The position numbers and the translations under genes were made by a program. A DNA stretch of 34,756 bases, taken from the NCBI GenBank assembly GCA_032230575.1, contig JAVXWK010000912.1:1-34756 (forward strand). Direction: 5' to 3'. The notes below the pieces were generated by a model. It saw only the letters and a list, made by a program, of their open reading frames with translations. It was not told where the DNA came from and made no database searches. This document shows positions 13,429-22,404 of the stretch, piece by piece. Each line of letters starts with the position of its first letter. The first letter of the stretch is position 1. The DNA comes from Pseudonocardiales bacterium. GTDB taxonomy: Bacteria; Actinomycetota; Actinomycetes; Mycobacteriales; Pseudonocardiaceae.

Positions 13429-14735
13429 CCCCCGATCGTCGGCGGCGCGACCATCGGCATGTCACCGATGATCTCGTTGGTGTTCTCCTCGGTGACCAGG
13501 TAGTCGGCCGACTTGTGCTCCAGGTCGTCCTCCCCCTGTCCCTTCTGACCGTGGCCGCCCATGCCGCCCGCACCGGCGGCACCGCCCCGGCCGGCCGCAC
13601 CGACGCCACCGCGCCCTGCCGCGTTCGGGCCACCCTCCGCGCCCATGCCGCCGAACACCCCGGACTTGCCGCCGGGCTGCTGCGCGTTCGTGCCGCTGCT
13701 GCTGCCCGTGCCGACGCCACCGAGGCCGCCACCGCCGAGCCTGCCGGACCCGCTGCCGCCACCGAACTTGCCGCCCGCGCCGCTGCCGCCGGGACCACCG
13801 GGGCCTCGGCCCGCGCTGCCACCGGGACCACGTCCGCCACCGGTGCCACCGGTGCCGCCGGGACCGCCGATGCCGGGAGGCACGCCGATCGGCGGGATTC
13901 CCGTGTTCGGCGGCCGGTCGATCACGCTGCCGACGGGAGGCTTGTTGCCAGGGGGAAATTCGGAGCGCAGCGGGCTGTCGATGTCTCCGCCGACAGCCTG
14001 GGACGTCGTGGTGTCGTTGCCGCCGGTGATGTTGCCGGGCGGCGTCCACGTGGTGCCGGTCGTGCCCTGCGGGTTGCCGGTCGAGCTCGGGAACGTGGGC
14101 GTACCGTGCGGCATGCTGGAGTTGTCGACGTTGTCGCCGGTCTTGTCCCGGCCGTCGTCGCCACCGGTGTTGGTGACCTCGACCTGCAGGTTGTCGCCCG
14201 TGACGCCGGGGAACTCCTTCGGCAGCTCACCGCGGTTGGTGTTGCTGGCGCTCTGGAACTCGCTGTAGACCTTGCGGTTGTGCGACTCGTCGCTGTTGTA
14301 GGCGTTGACCGAGTCCTCGGTGTCGGTGTCCCACGGGGTCGCGTCGTCCCAGAACCCGGTCTCCGGCTTGCTCTCCGGCATGTTCTTGAGCTGCGACTTG
14401 TTGTGGTTGAACTGGTAGACCTGGTTCGACAGCGAGTGGTCGGCCTGCCGCAGGGAGTCCTGCATCTGGATCATGGCCTGGTTGATCGGGTTGCCCGCGG
14501 CCTGGGCGGCATCCGCGCTGGCGCCGCTCCACGCCTCGCCGAGCGTCTCACCGACCCTCTTGAGCCGGGCCTCGACACCGGCGTAACTCCGCTCGAGCGA
14601 GGAGGCCGTGTTCGCGGCGGCTTGCGCCGACCCGGTGCCGGGGCCAGTCGTCATCAGGGAGTAGATCTGGTACCCCGAGATGCCTTCAGCGCGGGTGGAG
14701 TCCTCGGAGAAACAGCTGGGCGCGGGCCGTGTCAT
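13425..14735 (-). CDS. PPE-domain (type VII substrate) protein with Gly/Pro-rich tail, 436 aa
   Basis: Helical N-terminus with WxG (EAWSGASADAA), long Gly-rich low-complexity region, C-terminal EDDLEHKSADYL...PPTIGG; ATGA overlap with the upstream gene fixes the start at 14735. Confidence 0.82.
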   Translation of the reverse strand: MTRPAPSCFSEDSTRAEGISGYQIYSLMTTGPGTGSAQAAANTASSLERSYAGVEARLKRVGETLGEAWSGASADAAQAAGNPINQAMIQMQDSLRQADHSLSNQVYQFNHNKSQLKNMPESKPETGFWDDATPWDTDTEDSVNAYNSDESHNRKVYSEFQSASNTNRGELPKEFPGVTGDNLQVEVTNTGGDDGRDKTGDNVDNSSMPHGTPTFPSSTGNPQGTTGTTWTPPGNITGGNDTTTSQAVGGDIDSPLRSEFPPGNKPPVGSVIDRPPNTGIPPIGVPPGIGGPGGTGGTGGGRGPGGSAGRGPGGPGGSGAGGKFGGGSGSGRLGGGGLGGVGTGSSSGTNAQQPGGKSGVFGGMGAEGGPNAAGRGGVGAAGRGGAAGAGGMGGHGQKGQGEDDLEHKSADYLVTEENTNEIIGDMPMVAPPTIGG

Positions 14736-15337
14736 TTCGCACCTGCCTTGATCGTGGTGATGGCGAGATTGGCGAACTCGGCGACCGCAGCACACGGGTC
14801 CGCGTACTTGGGACTGCCCTTGTCGCTCTGGAAGGTGAAGAGGAGGGCCTTCTTGTCGGAGACGCCGGTGAGAACCGAGCAGCCGCCGCCACTGCGCTGG
14901 TCGGACACAAGGGCCATGTACGTGGGATAGCCCTGAATGTCCGGCAGCTGCTCAAACTTCTCGTAGGTCGTGTCCTTGTTGGGGAGGATGGTCGAGATGT
15001 TCGTGTCCTCTGGGAGGAACGCGACCGCCGGAGCCATCCTCGCCGGTGTGCTGGACCCCAGCCACGCGCAGCCTGCTCCGAGGTCGGTGTTGTTCACCCT
15101 CCCGGTCACCCCGGGCAGTCCGAACGCCTGCACCTGAGCCGCGGTGACCGTGCTGCACGGATCGGCCTCGAAGACCTTCACGTCGAGCGGGTTCTGAACC
15201 TTGGGCGCTCCGCCGCTATCGCTCGCGCTCGTCGGCGTGGTCGCGGTGGTCGGCGTGCCAGTGGTCCCGCCACCGGTGTTGCAACCAGCCAGCAGTGCGA
15301 ACGCGGCGGTACCGACGACGATGGTTCGGATGCGCAA
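14732..15337 (-). CDS. DUF3558 family lipoprotein
   Basis: Lipobox LAGC, Thr-rich tether, APKVQNPLD...DPC, then GCAW, IQGYPT, GCSV and DPCAAV, the four-Cys pattern of DUF3558. Confidence 0.85.
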   Translation of the reverse strand: MRIRTIVVGTAAFALLAGCNTGGGTTGTPTTATTPTSASDSGGAPKVQNPLDVKVFEADPCSTVTAAQVQAFGLPGVTGRVNNTDLGAGCAWLGSSTPARMAPAVAFLPEDTNISTILPNKDTTYEKFEQLPDIQGYPTYMALVSDQRSGGGCSVLTGVSDKKALLFTFQSDKGSPKYADPCAAVAEFANLAITTIKAGAK

Positions 15338-15341
15338 CAGC

Positions 15342-15647
15342 TCAGTCCTTCGGCTTGAGGTTTGCCTGGTTGCCCTGCTCAGTCCGCTCGTACTGAGCCA
15401 GCGTGGCCTTCAGGTTGTCGATCCTGGTGGTCAGAGCGTCCTGAAGCTGCTTGTTCGAGTCCTGGTGCGCTTTGCCCGCAGACGCCGCCCAGTTCGCGTA
15501 GACCTGGCTCGGCACGTCCCTGCCGGCGCCCTTGACCGTGGTCAGCACCTGACCGTTCGTATGGGCCAGCGACAGCTCGTCCTTGATCGACTCGTACTCC
15601 TTGATGGCAGCACGCAGTGTGTCGAGATCGACCTTGGTCCCACTCAT
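15342..15647 (-). CDS. PE-like / WXG100-like small type VII substrate (101 aa)
   Basis: ATG 15647 after AAGGAGG; about 100 aa helix-turn-helix character, central GAGRDVPS turn and C-terminal YxxxE secretion motif (YERTE). Confidence 0.8.
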   Translation of the reverse strand: MSGTKVDLDTLRAAIKEYESIKDELSLAHTNGQVLTTVKGAGRDVPSQVYANWAASAGKAHQDSNKQLQDALTTRIDNLKATLAQYERTEQGNQANLKPKD

Positions 15648-15789
15648 CCCCAGTACCCCTCCTTGCAGATTCGTGCGTCGAACAGCATAGCGCCGGGTCA
15701 GGGGCGTTGTCCGGGGTTCAAGGCACGATCGGGTGAACAAGACGAAGTGTCACCGACGCATTGCGACAAGTGAGGGTACGAACAGCTGC

Positions 15790-16485
15790 ATGCTTCGTTC
15801 ATTGGCGCTTTTCGTCAGCGCCGCATTGCTGCTCGTCTCGTGTTCGTCGGTCGAACCGAAGGCGGTTCCCGCCAAGCTCACGCCGCCGACCCCCGCGGTC
15901 GGCCCGCAGGAGAACTGCGAGAACGTGCTCACGGGTGATCCGGAGTCGTGCGTCCCGTGGACCGCGCCCGAACCACACGGCTTCGCCCAGGTGCTGCCCA
16001 TCAACGGCGAGGAAGCGGGCACCGGTAAGGAAGCGCAGTGGGGTCCCTATTACTGGTGTGCCGCCATCACTGACGATGTCGCCGAGAAAGTCCTGGGCAC
16101 CAGAGACGTCATCCGAGTGGTCACCGGTAAGTTCTCCTGCCGAATTGCATTGGGCAAGAAGTCCGGTCTCGACAACACTCTGAGTGTTTATCTGTCGCCC
16201 TACCAGCCCGGAAATGGCGCATACGACTGGTTCGTGGAGCCGAACCCGCTCGGCACGGTGACGCAGGTGAAGGGACGCAAGGCGGTGCGCACCGAGATGC
16301 CTCGGTTCGACTCGATCGACCGCGCCTCCTACACCATCGAGATCCCGGACCACGGGTCCGCGTGGAACATCGAACTGCGCCGCGGCCCGGCCGACACCAA
16401 GACGGCGTTCAAGGCCGACTACGACGACGCTGACCGGAAGGTGCTGGTGGCCGCCGACGCGCTGATGGCCTACGACCGGACCTGA
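15790..16485 (+). CDS. Putative lipoprotein (231 aa), possibly DUF3558-like fold
   Basis: Lipobox LVSC after a hydrophobic stretch, Pro-rich linker, four further Cys, VKGRKAV segment; divergent from the PE-like gene. Confidence 0.75.
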   Translation: MLRSLALFVSAALLLVSCSSVEPKAVPAKLTPPTPAVGPQENCENVLTGDPESCVPWTAPEPHGFAQVLPINGEEAGTGKEAQWGPYYWCAAITDDVAEKVLGTRDVIRVVTGKFSCRIALGKKSGLDNTLSVYLSPYQPGNGAYDWFVEPNPLGTVTQVKGRKAVRTEMPRFDSIDRASYTIEIPDHGSAWNIELRRGPADTKTAFKADYDDADRKVLVAADALMAYDRT

Positions 16486-16881
16486 TCAGGTGGACTGCTG
16501 CTGTTGCTGCGCGGGGAGGCGGCCCTCGGCCATGCGCTTGAGCAGGTCCTTGCGCAGCCACAGCAGGTAGGCCCACACCAGGCCGAAGATCACGCCGATC
16601 ACGCCGAGCGCGGGCAGCAGGAACCAGGTCGCGATCAGCAGCACGTGCAGCGCCACGACTGCGGCGATGGCCCACGGGCGGCGGACGAAGGCGCACATCG
16701 CGATGAACACCGCGATGAAGCCGAACGCGGTCCAGCCGACGAGCGTGCCGACGCCGCCGTGCAGCTTGGCGATCACCGGCAGGGCCAGGGCCACGACGAT
16801 GACCTCGAGGATCAGCGTTCCGGCCATGATGCCCCGGAACGCCTTCATCGGGTCCTTCTTCAGAGGGGCCGGGGAGGTCAT
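16486..16881 (-). CDS. DUF4233 family membrane protein (131 aa)
   Basis: DPMKAFRGIMAGTLILEVIVVALALPV and about four TM segments; ATGA overlap with folC, the position of this family in actinobacteria. Confidence 0.88.
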   Translation of the reverse strand: MTSPAPLKKDPMKAFRGIMAGTLILEVIVVALALPVIAKLHGGVGTLVGWTAFGFIAVFIAMCAFVRRPWAIAAVVALHVLLIATWFLLPALGVIGVIFGLVWAYLLWLRKDLLKRMAEGRLPAQQQQQST

Positions 16882-18215
16882 GCCGGCTCCTTTCCGAACA
16901 GGGCGCGCGCCTCGCCGGCGGTGACGACGGAGCCGGTGACGATGATGCCGCCGCCGGACTGTTCGTCCTCGATGAGGTGGATGGCTTCCTCGATGGCGTC
17001 GTCCAGCCGCGGGCGGACCTCGAAGCGGTCCTCGCCGAAGATCGGGACGGCGATGCCGGCGAGCACGTCCGGGTCCATGGCGCGCGGCGACGAGTTGGTG
17101 GTGATCACCAGCTCCTGCACGACGGGTTCGAGAGCCGAGAGGATGCCCTCGGCGTCCTTGTCGGACATCACGGCGACGACCGCGACGAGCTTGCGGAAGC
17201 CGAACTCGGAGTCCAGCGCGCGAGCCAGTGCCGCGGCTCCGTGCGGGTTGTGCGCCGCGTCCACGAAGACGTTGGGAGCGGAGCGAACGCGTTCCAGACG
17301 ACCCGGCGTGACGACAGAGGCGAAGCCTTCCCGCACCGCCGCGATGTCCAGCCGACGTTCGGGACCGGCGCCGAAGAACGCCTCCACCGACGCGAGCGCC
17401 AGAGCGGCATTGGCTGCCTGGTGCTCGCCGTGCAGCGGAAGGAAGATGTCCTCGTAGACGCCGCCGAGGCCCTGCAGCGTGATCATCTGGCCGCCGACGG
17501 CCACCGCGCGCGAGATGACCCCGAACTCGCTGCCGAAGCGCGCGATCATGGCGTCCACCTCGGCCACGCGCTTGAGGATGACCTTCATCGCCTCTGGCGT
17601 CTGCTCGCCGACGATCGCCACTGAGTCCGGCTTGATGATGCCGGCCTTCTCGCGGGCGATGTCCTCGATGCGCGTGCCGAGGTACTCGGTGTGGTCCAGG
17701 CCGATCGGGGTCAGCACAGCGATCTTCGCGTCCATGATGGACGTCGCGTCCCACGTGCCGCCCATGCCGACCTCGACGACCGCGACGTCGGCCGGTGCGT
17801 CCGCGAAGGCCGCGTAGGCCATGGCGGTGAGCACCTCGAACTTGCTCAGCCGGATCTCGGACCGCGCGTCGACCATCGCGATGTACGGCTCGAGGTCGCG
17901 GTAGACCTCGACGTAGCGATCGGGGTCGATCGGCTGGTTGTCGAGGCTGATCCGCTCGGTCGCGAGCTGCAGGTGCGGGCTCGTGTAGCGGCCGGTCCGC
18001 AGACCGATGCGCGAGAACAGCGCATCGGCCATGCGGGACGTCGACGTCTTGCCGTTGGTGCCCGTCAGCTGAACCACGGGGTAGTTCGTCTGCGGGTCGC
18101 CCAGCACGTGCGCCAGCGCCTTGATCCGGTCCAGCGACGGCTCGAGCTTGGTCTCGGGCCACCGCTGGTTGAGCTCGTTCTCGACGTCGAGGAACTCGTC
18201 GAGGTTGGTTTCCAC
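16878..18215 (-). CDS. folC: Folylpolyglutamate synthase / dihydrofolate synthase (445 aa)
   Basis: TGTNGKTS, TSPHL, EVGMGGTWDAT, IGLDH, EKAGIIK, PGRLE, DAAHNPHG, TGSV; GTG 18215 with GGAGG RBS. Confidence 0.96.
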   Translation of the reverse strand: METNLDEFLDVENELNQRWPETKLEPSLDRIKALAHVLGDPQTNYPVVQLTGTNGKTSTSRMADALFSRIGLRTGRYTSPHLQLATERISLDNQPIDPDRYVEVYRDLEPYIAMVDARSEIRLSKFEVLTAMAYAAFADAPADVAVVEVGMGGTWDATSIMDAKIAVLTPIGLDHTEYLGTRIEDIAREKAGIIKPDSVAIVGEQTPEAMKVILKRVAEVDAMIARFGSEFGVISRAVAVGGQMITLQGLGGVYEDIFLPLHGEHQAANAALALASVEAFFGAGPERRLDIAAVREGFASVVTPGRLERVRSAPNVFVDAAHNPHGAAALARALDSEFGFRKLVAVVAVMSDKDAEGILSALEPVVQELVITTNSSPRAMDPDVLAGIAVPIFGEDRFEVRPRLDDAIEEAIHLIEDEQSGGGIIVTGSVVTAGEARALFGKEPA

Positions 18216-18220
18216 TTGTC

Positions 18221-20848
18221 TTACGCCTCCGGCAGCGCGGCCAGGCGCTCGTTGATGCGGGTGATGTCGGACTCGGCAGCGGCCTTGCGCTCTTCGATCT
18301 TGGCCTTGACGTCGGCGGGCGCCTTGGCGAGGAACGCCTCGTTGCCGAGCTTCTTGGTCGTGCCGTCGAGCTCCTTCTTCGCCGCCGCCAGGTCCTTCTC
18401 CAGACGCTTGCGCTCGGCCACGACGTCGATCGCGCCGGACAGGTCCAGCTCGACCTTCACCGCGCCCTTGGGCAGGCCGACCTCGAGCGTCGCGGAGACG
18501 GTGAACTCGTCGCCCGGCTCGGTCAGGCGCGTCATCGAACGGACCGACGGCACCTGGTCGACCAGGCCGACGCAGCACGCGCCGCGGACCTTGCCCGCGA
18601 CCTTCTGCCCCGGCTTGAGACCCTGCTCGGAACGGAACCGGCGGATCTCGGTGGCCAGCTTCTTCAGACCCTCGATCTGGGCAGCCGCATCGAGGTCGCG
18701 CTCACCACCGGTGGCCTGGGGCCACGAGGCGATGACGAGCGACTCCTCGCCGGTCAGCGCGGTCCACAGCGTCTCGGTGACGAACGGGATCGACGGGTGC
18801 AGCAGACGCAGCACGACGTCGAGGACGTGACCCAGGACCGACTGCGTGGCCTCGACGCGGCCCTCCGCGATCTGGACCTTCGCGATCTCCAGGTACCAGT
18901 CGCAGAACTCGTCCCACGTGAAGCTGTACAGCGCCTCGCACGCACGGGAGAACTGGAACGCCTCGAAGTTCGCGTCCACAGTGGACACGAGTGCGTCGAG
19001 CTCGTCCAGGATCCAGCGGTCCGCGGCCGTCAGCTCCTCGCGCGCGGGCAGCGGACGCGACACCGTGGCGCCGTTGCTCAGCGCGAACCGGGAGGCGTTC
19101 CACAGCTTCGTGGTGAAGCTGCGTGAACCGGTCGCCCGCTCCTCGGAGACGGCCATGTCCGAACCGGGGTTCGTGCCGCGCAGCAGCGTGAACCGGGTGA
19201 CGTCCGCGCCGTAGCGCTCCATCCAGTCCAGCGGGTCGATGCCGTTGCCCTTGGTCTTCGACATCTTCTTGCCGTACTGGTCCCTGATCAGACCGTGCAG
19301 GAAGACGTGGTCGAACGGCTGCACGTCGTCCATCGCGTACAGGCCGAACATCATCATCCGGACGACCCAGAAGAACAGGATGTCGTAGCCGGTCGAGAGG
19401 ACGGACGTCGGATAGAACTTCTTCAGGTCCTCAGTGGACTCCGGCCAGCCCAGCGTCGAGAACGGCCACAAACCGCTGGAGAACCAGGTGTCGAGGACGT
19501 CCTCGTCCTGACGCCAGCCCTCGCCGGTGGGCGCCTCGTCGTCCGGTCCGACGCAGACGACCTCGCCGTTCGGGCCGTACCAGACCGGGATCCGGTGCCC
19601 CCACCACAGCTGGCGCGAGATGCACCAGTCGTGCAGGTTGTCGGTCCAGTCGAAGTACCGCTTGTTCAGCTCGGCCGGGTGGATCTTGGTGCGGCCGTCG
19701 CGAACAGCGGCGGACGCGGCCGCCGCGATGTTCTCGACCTTGACCCACCACTGCAGGGACAGGCGCGGCTCGATGACCGTGTCGCACCGCGAGCAGTGCC
19801 CGACGGCGTGGACGTACGGCCGCCTCTCCGCGACGATCCGGCCGTCCGCGCGCAACGCGGCGACGATCGCCGGACGGGCCTCGAACCGGTCGAGCCCCTC
19901 GAACGGGCCGTGTGCGGTGATGGTCGCGCGGCCGTCCATGATCGTGAGGTTCGGCAGGCCGTGGCGCTGGCCGATCTCGAAGTCGTTCGGGTCGTGCGCG
20001 GGGGTGACCTTGACCGCGCCGGTGCCGAACTTCGGGTCGACGTGCGTGTCGGCGACGATCGGGATGCGGCGGCCGGTCAGCGGTAGCTCGACCTCGGTGC
20101 CGATGAGGTGCTGGTAGCGCTCGTCGTCCGGGTGGACGGCGACCGCGGTGTCACCGAGCATCGTCTCGGCGCGCGTGGTCGCGACGACGATCGAGTTCTC
20201 GCCGTCGCCGTAGCGGATCGAGACGAGCTCGCCGTCGTCGTCGCTGTGGTCGACCTCGACGTCCGACAGCGCCGTCTGGCAGCGCGGGCACCAGTTGATG
20301 ATCCGCTCGGCCTGGTAGATCAGGCCGTCGTCGTACATCTTCTTGAAGATCGTCTGGACGGCGCGCGACAGCCCCTCGTCCATGGTGAAGCGCTCACGCG
20401 ACCAGTCGATGCCGTCGCCGAGCCGCTTCATCTGGTCGAGGATCTTGCCGCCGTACTCCTCTTTCCACTCCCAGACGCGCTCGACGAACTTCTCGCGCCC
20501 GAGGTCGTGCCGCGACATGCCCTGCTTGGCGAGGTCGCGCTCGACGGCGTTCTGGGTCGCGATGCCCGCGTGGTCCATGCCCGGCAGCCACAGGACCTCG
20601 TAGCCCTGCATGCGCCGGCGCCTGGACAGCGCGTCCATCACGCTGTGGTTCATGGCGTGACCCATGTGGAGACTGCCGGTGACGTTCGGCGGGGGCAGCA
20701 CGATCGTGAACGGCGGCTTGTCGCTCTTGACGTCCGCTTCGAAGTAGCGACGGTCGACCCACCGCTGGTACAGCTCCGCCTCTACCTCCGCCGGAGTCCA
20801 CGCGGCGGGGAGGTCAGGACGCTGGGTTGCGGTGTCGAGTTCAGTCAC
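18221..20848 (-). CDS. valS: Valine--tRNA ligase (about 875 aa)
   Basis: [46 protein letters not shown] and C-terminal coiled coil. GTG 20848 follows a TAGACT -10; TTG 20857 is the alternative start. Confidence 0.98.
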   Translation of the reverse strand: MTELDTATQRPDLPAAWTPAEVEAELYQRWVDRRYFEADVKSDKPPFTIVLPPPNVTGSLHMGHAMNHSVMDALSRRRRMQGYEVLWLPGMDHAGIATQNAVERDLAKQGMSRHDLGREKFVERVWEWKEEYGGKILDQMKRLGDGIDWSRERFTMDEGLSRAVQTIFKKMYDDGLIYQAERIINWCPRCQTALSDVEVDHSDDDGELVSIRYGDGENSIVVATTRAETMLGDTAVAVHPDDERYQHLIGTEVELPLTGRRIPIVADTHVDPKFGTGAVKVTPAHDPNDFEIGQRHGLPNLTIMDGRATITAHGPFEGLDRFEARPAIVAALRADGRIVAERRPYVHAVGHCSRCDTVIEPRLSLQWWVKVENIAAAASAAVRDGRTKIHPAELNKRYFDWTDNLHDWCISRQLWWGHRIPVWYGPNGEVVCVGPDDEAPTGEGWRQDEDVLDTWFSSGLWPFSTLGWPESTEDLKKFYPTSVLSTGYDILFFWVVRMMMFGLYAMDDVQPFDHVFLHGLIRDQYGKKMSKTKGNGIDPLDWMERYGADVTRFTLLRGTNPGSDMAVSEERATGSRSFTTKLWNASRFALSNGATVSRPLPAREELTAADRWILDELDALVSTVDANFEAFQFSRACEALYSFTWDEFCDWYLEIAKVQIAEGRVEATQSVLGHVLDVVLRLLHPSIPFVTETLWTALTGEESLVIASWPQATGGERDLDAAAQIEGLKKLATEIRRFRSEQGLKPGQKVAGKVRGACCVGLVDQVPSVRSMTRLTEPGDEFTVSATLEVGLPKGAVKVELDLSGAIDVVAERKRLEKDLAAAKKELDGTTKKLGNEAFLAKAPADVKAKIEERKAAAESDITRINERLAALPEA

Positions 20849-20933
20849 AGCTGTCAAGTCTACGGAGGCGTGGGTATCGACTTAAATCGAGATACCTGCT
20901 AACGGGCGGAACACGCCGTAGCATCCCCGAACC

Positions 20934-21416
20934 GTGGCACCACCTGGGGGAATTGAAGATCGGCCCGACCCGTTCGCGGGCACCGAGGCCGCCGGCTGGG
21001 CTCAGGGCTCGGACGGCATCACGGCACTGAACGACGACCCGGCGTACCTCGCTGTTCAGCAGGCGCTGATCCTCGCGCGGGTCGAGCTCGATCAAGCGGC
21101 TTTCCTGGACCTCCTCACACCCGAGTCCCGTGAGGTCTTCGGGCGGGAGGCGCTGCTGCCGTCACTGGTCACCCGGCTCCGGCCGCACGGCGTCCGGGTG
21201 CGCGGCGAGATGTTCGAGGCGCTCGACCAGCACGACCGGCTGGTGGTGATGACCGACTACCGGTTCGCGTACGCGGTCGCGGACAACCCGGACGGGCCCG
21301 CGCGCGTGGTGTTCGTAGCGGCGCAGGCCGACTTCCAGCTGCGGGACGACGGACTCCGGGTCCTCGCCGCGACCAGCTCCGAACTGCTTGGGGGAGAAAG
21401 TGGAGTACGACCTTGA
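20934..21416 (+). CDS. Hypothetical protein (160 aa), short paralog of the downstream gene
   Basis: Aligns by eye with the extracellular domain of 21400..22257 (PFAGTEAAGW vs PFASTPAEQW; TDYRFAYA vs TDYVFAYA). Confidence 0.7.
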   Translation: MAPPGGIEDRPDPFAGTEAAGWAQGSDGITALNDDPAYLAVQQALILARVELDQAAFLDLLTPESREVFGREALLPSLVTRLRPHGVRVRGEMFEALDQHDRLVVMTDYRFAYAVADNPDGPARVVFVAAQADFQLRDDGLRVLAATSSELLGGESGVRP

Positions 21417-22257
21417 GGACCACCCGGACCTGAAGGACGCGGCGTGGATCCGCGCCGCGAACAGACGCGCCAAGAAGGAGATCCGCCGGCAACGCCGCCA
21501 GGCGCGCACGCAGCGGCACGGCGGCACGATCGTGTCCGTCATCGCGTTGCTCGTCATCGGCGCACTGGTGTTCGGCTTCTACCAGGCCGGCAAGTTCGGC
21601 GAGGTCACGCTGCCGGACGTGAAACTGCCCCAGGTGGGCGTCAACACCCAGATCCCCTTCGCGAGTACGCCCGCCGAGCAGTGGCCGGAGGGCGAGAAGG
21701 GCATCGTCGCGCCGGACGGCAACCCGGTGTACGAGCAGGTGCGGCAGGCGCTCGTCGCGTCCCGGATGGATCCGGCGACGCTCTACGAGCACAAGCCCGA
21801 CCGGTTCCTCGCGATGCTGGCCCCCGAGGTGCGCGAGCACGTGAGCAAGGATCTGTCCGGCTGGGTCACGTTGCTCAAGGCGGGCACGAAACTGCTCCCG
21901 AACGGCATCCGGGTGACCGGGAAGATGACGCTCGGCGAGAAGGACGGCTTTCCGGCGGTGACGACGGACTACGTCTTCGCGTACGCGTTCGAGCCGCCGG
22001 ACCCGAAGAAGCTCGTCGACCAGATGGAGATCGTGGCGGCGATCCGCGAGAAGGTGACGTACCTGGTCACGCCGGACGGGCTGTGGCTCGCGGACTCCGA
22101 CGGGTTCCAGTACTCGATCGCGTGCGAGGCGGCGAAGCAGGGTTTTCTCGCGCCGCAGTTCACCGAACCGTCCAAGCCCGGCGAGGGCGTGCCGGGAGAG
22201 GAGCGGAAGTACTTCTCGGTGGACGGGCAGATGCCGAACGAGAACACCTGCGATTGA
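21400..22257 (+). CDS. Membrane-anchored hypothetical protein (285 aa)
   Basis: GTG 21400 after GGGGAGA; basic N-terminus, one TM (IVSVIALLVIGALVFGFY), C-terminal domain with two Cys (SIAC...NTCD). Confidence 0.82.
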   Translation: MEYDLEDHPDLKDAAWIRAANRRAKKEIRRQRRQARTQRHGGTIVSVIALLVIGALVFGFYQAGKFGEVTLPDVKLPQVGVNTQIPFASTPAEQWPEGEKGIVAPDGNPVYEQVRQALVASRMDPATLYEHKPDRFLAMLAPEVREHVSKDLSGWVTLLKAGTKLLPNGIRVTGKMTLGEKDGFPAVTTDYVFAYAFEPPDPKKLVDQMEIVAAIREKVTYLVTPDGLWLADSDGFQYSIACEAAKQGFLAPQFTEPSKPGEGVPGEERKYFSVDGQMPNENTCD

Positions 22258-22284
22258 TCACCCTTTCAGAGGTGCCGGGCGAGA

Positions 22285-22385
22285 GTGACGGCGATCACAA
22301 TTGCCGTCACGGACCGTTCAACCCCTTGGGGCCCGTGACGACGACGCCGCCGCGTTCTTCGGGGGCGCTGGCGGCGCCGACGTCG
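22285..22385. other. Cluster of inverted repeats / structured intergenic element upstream of the FdhF/YdeP gene
   Basis: GTGACGGCGAT/ATTGCCGTCAC (22285-22310), overlapping alternative stem CGTCACGG/CCGTGACG (22305-22340), and CGCCGCC...GGCGGCG hairpin (22345-22376). Function unknown. Confidence 0.5.
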
Positions 22386-22404
22386 ATCAGCGAACAATGA
22401 ACCC

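Noticed and set aside
13561-14268. Pro-rich plus-strand ORF
   Set aside because: It is the reverse complement of the Gly-rich PPE-like tail.
15728-15738. Single GTTCACCCGAT PHO-like unit upstream of the PE-like gene
   Set aside because: No second in-phase unit, and PhoP sites need at least two; insufficient to claim phosphate control of the T7SS module.
16486-18578. Apparent long N-terminal extensions on DUF4233 (558 aa) and folC (566 aa); likewise on ndk, pullulanase, the PPE-like gene and the FAD oxidoreductase
   Set aside because: ORF-caller artefacts; RBS positions, stop/start overlaps and family N-termini give shorter starts, so there is no fusion or frameshift.
20849-20933. T-box or attenuator directly upstream of valS
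   Set aside because: Only 85 bp, no T-box consensus visible, and a -10 sits right before the start.
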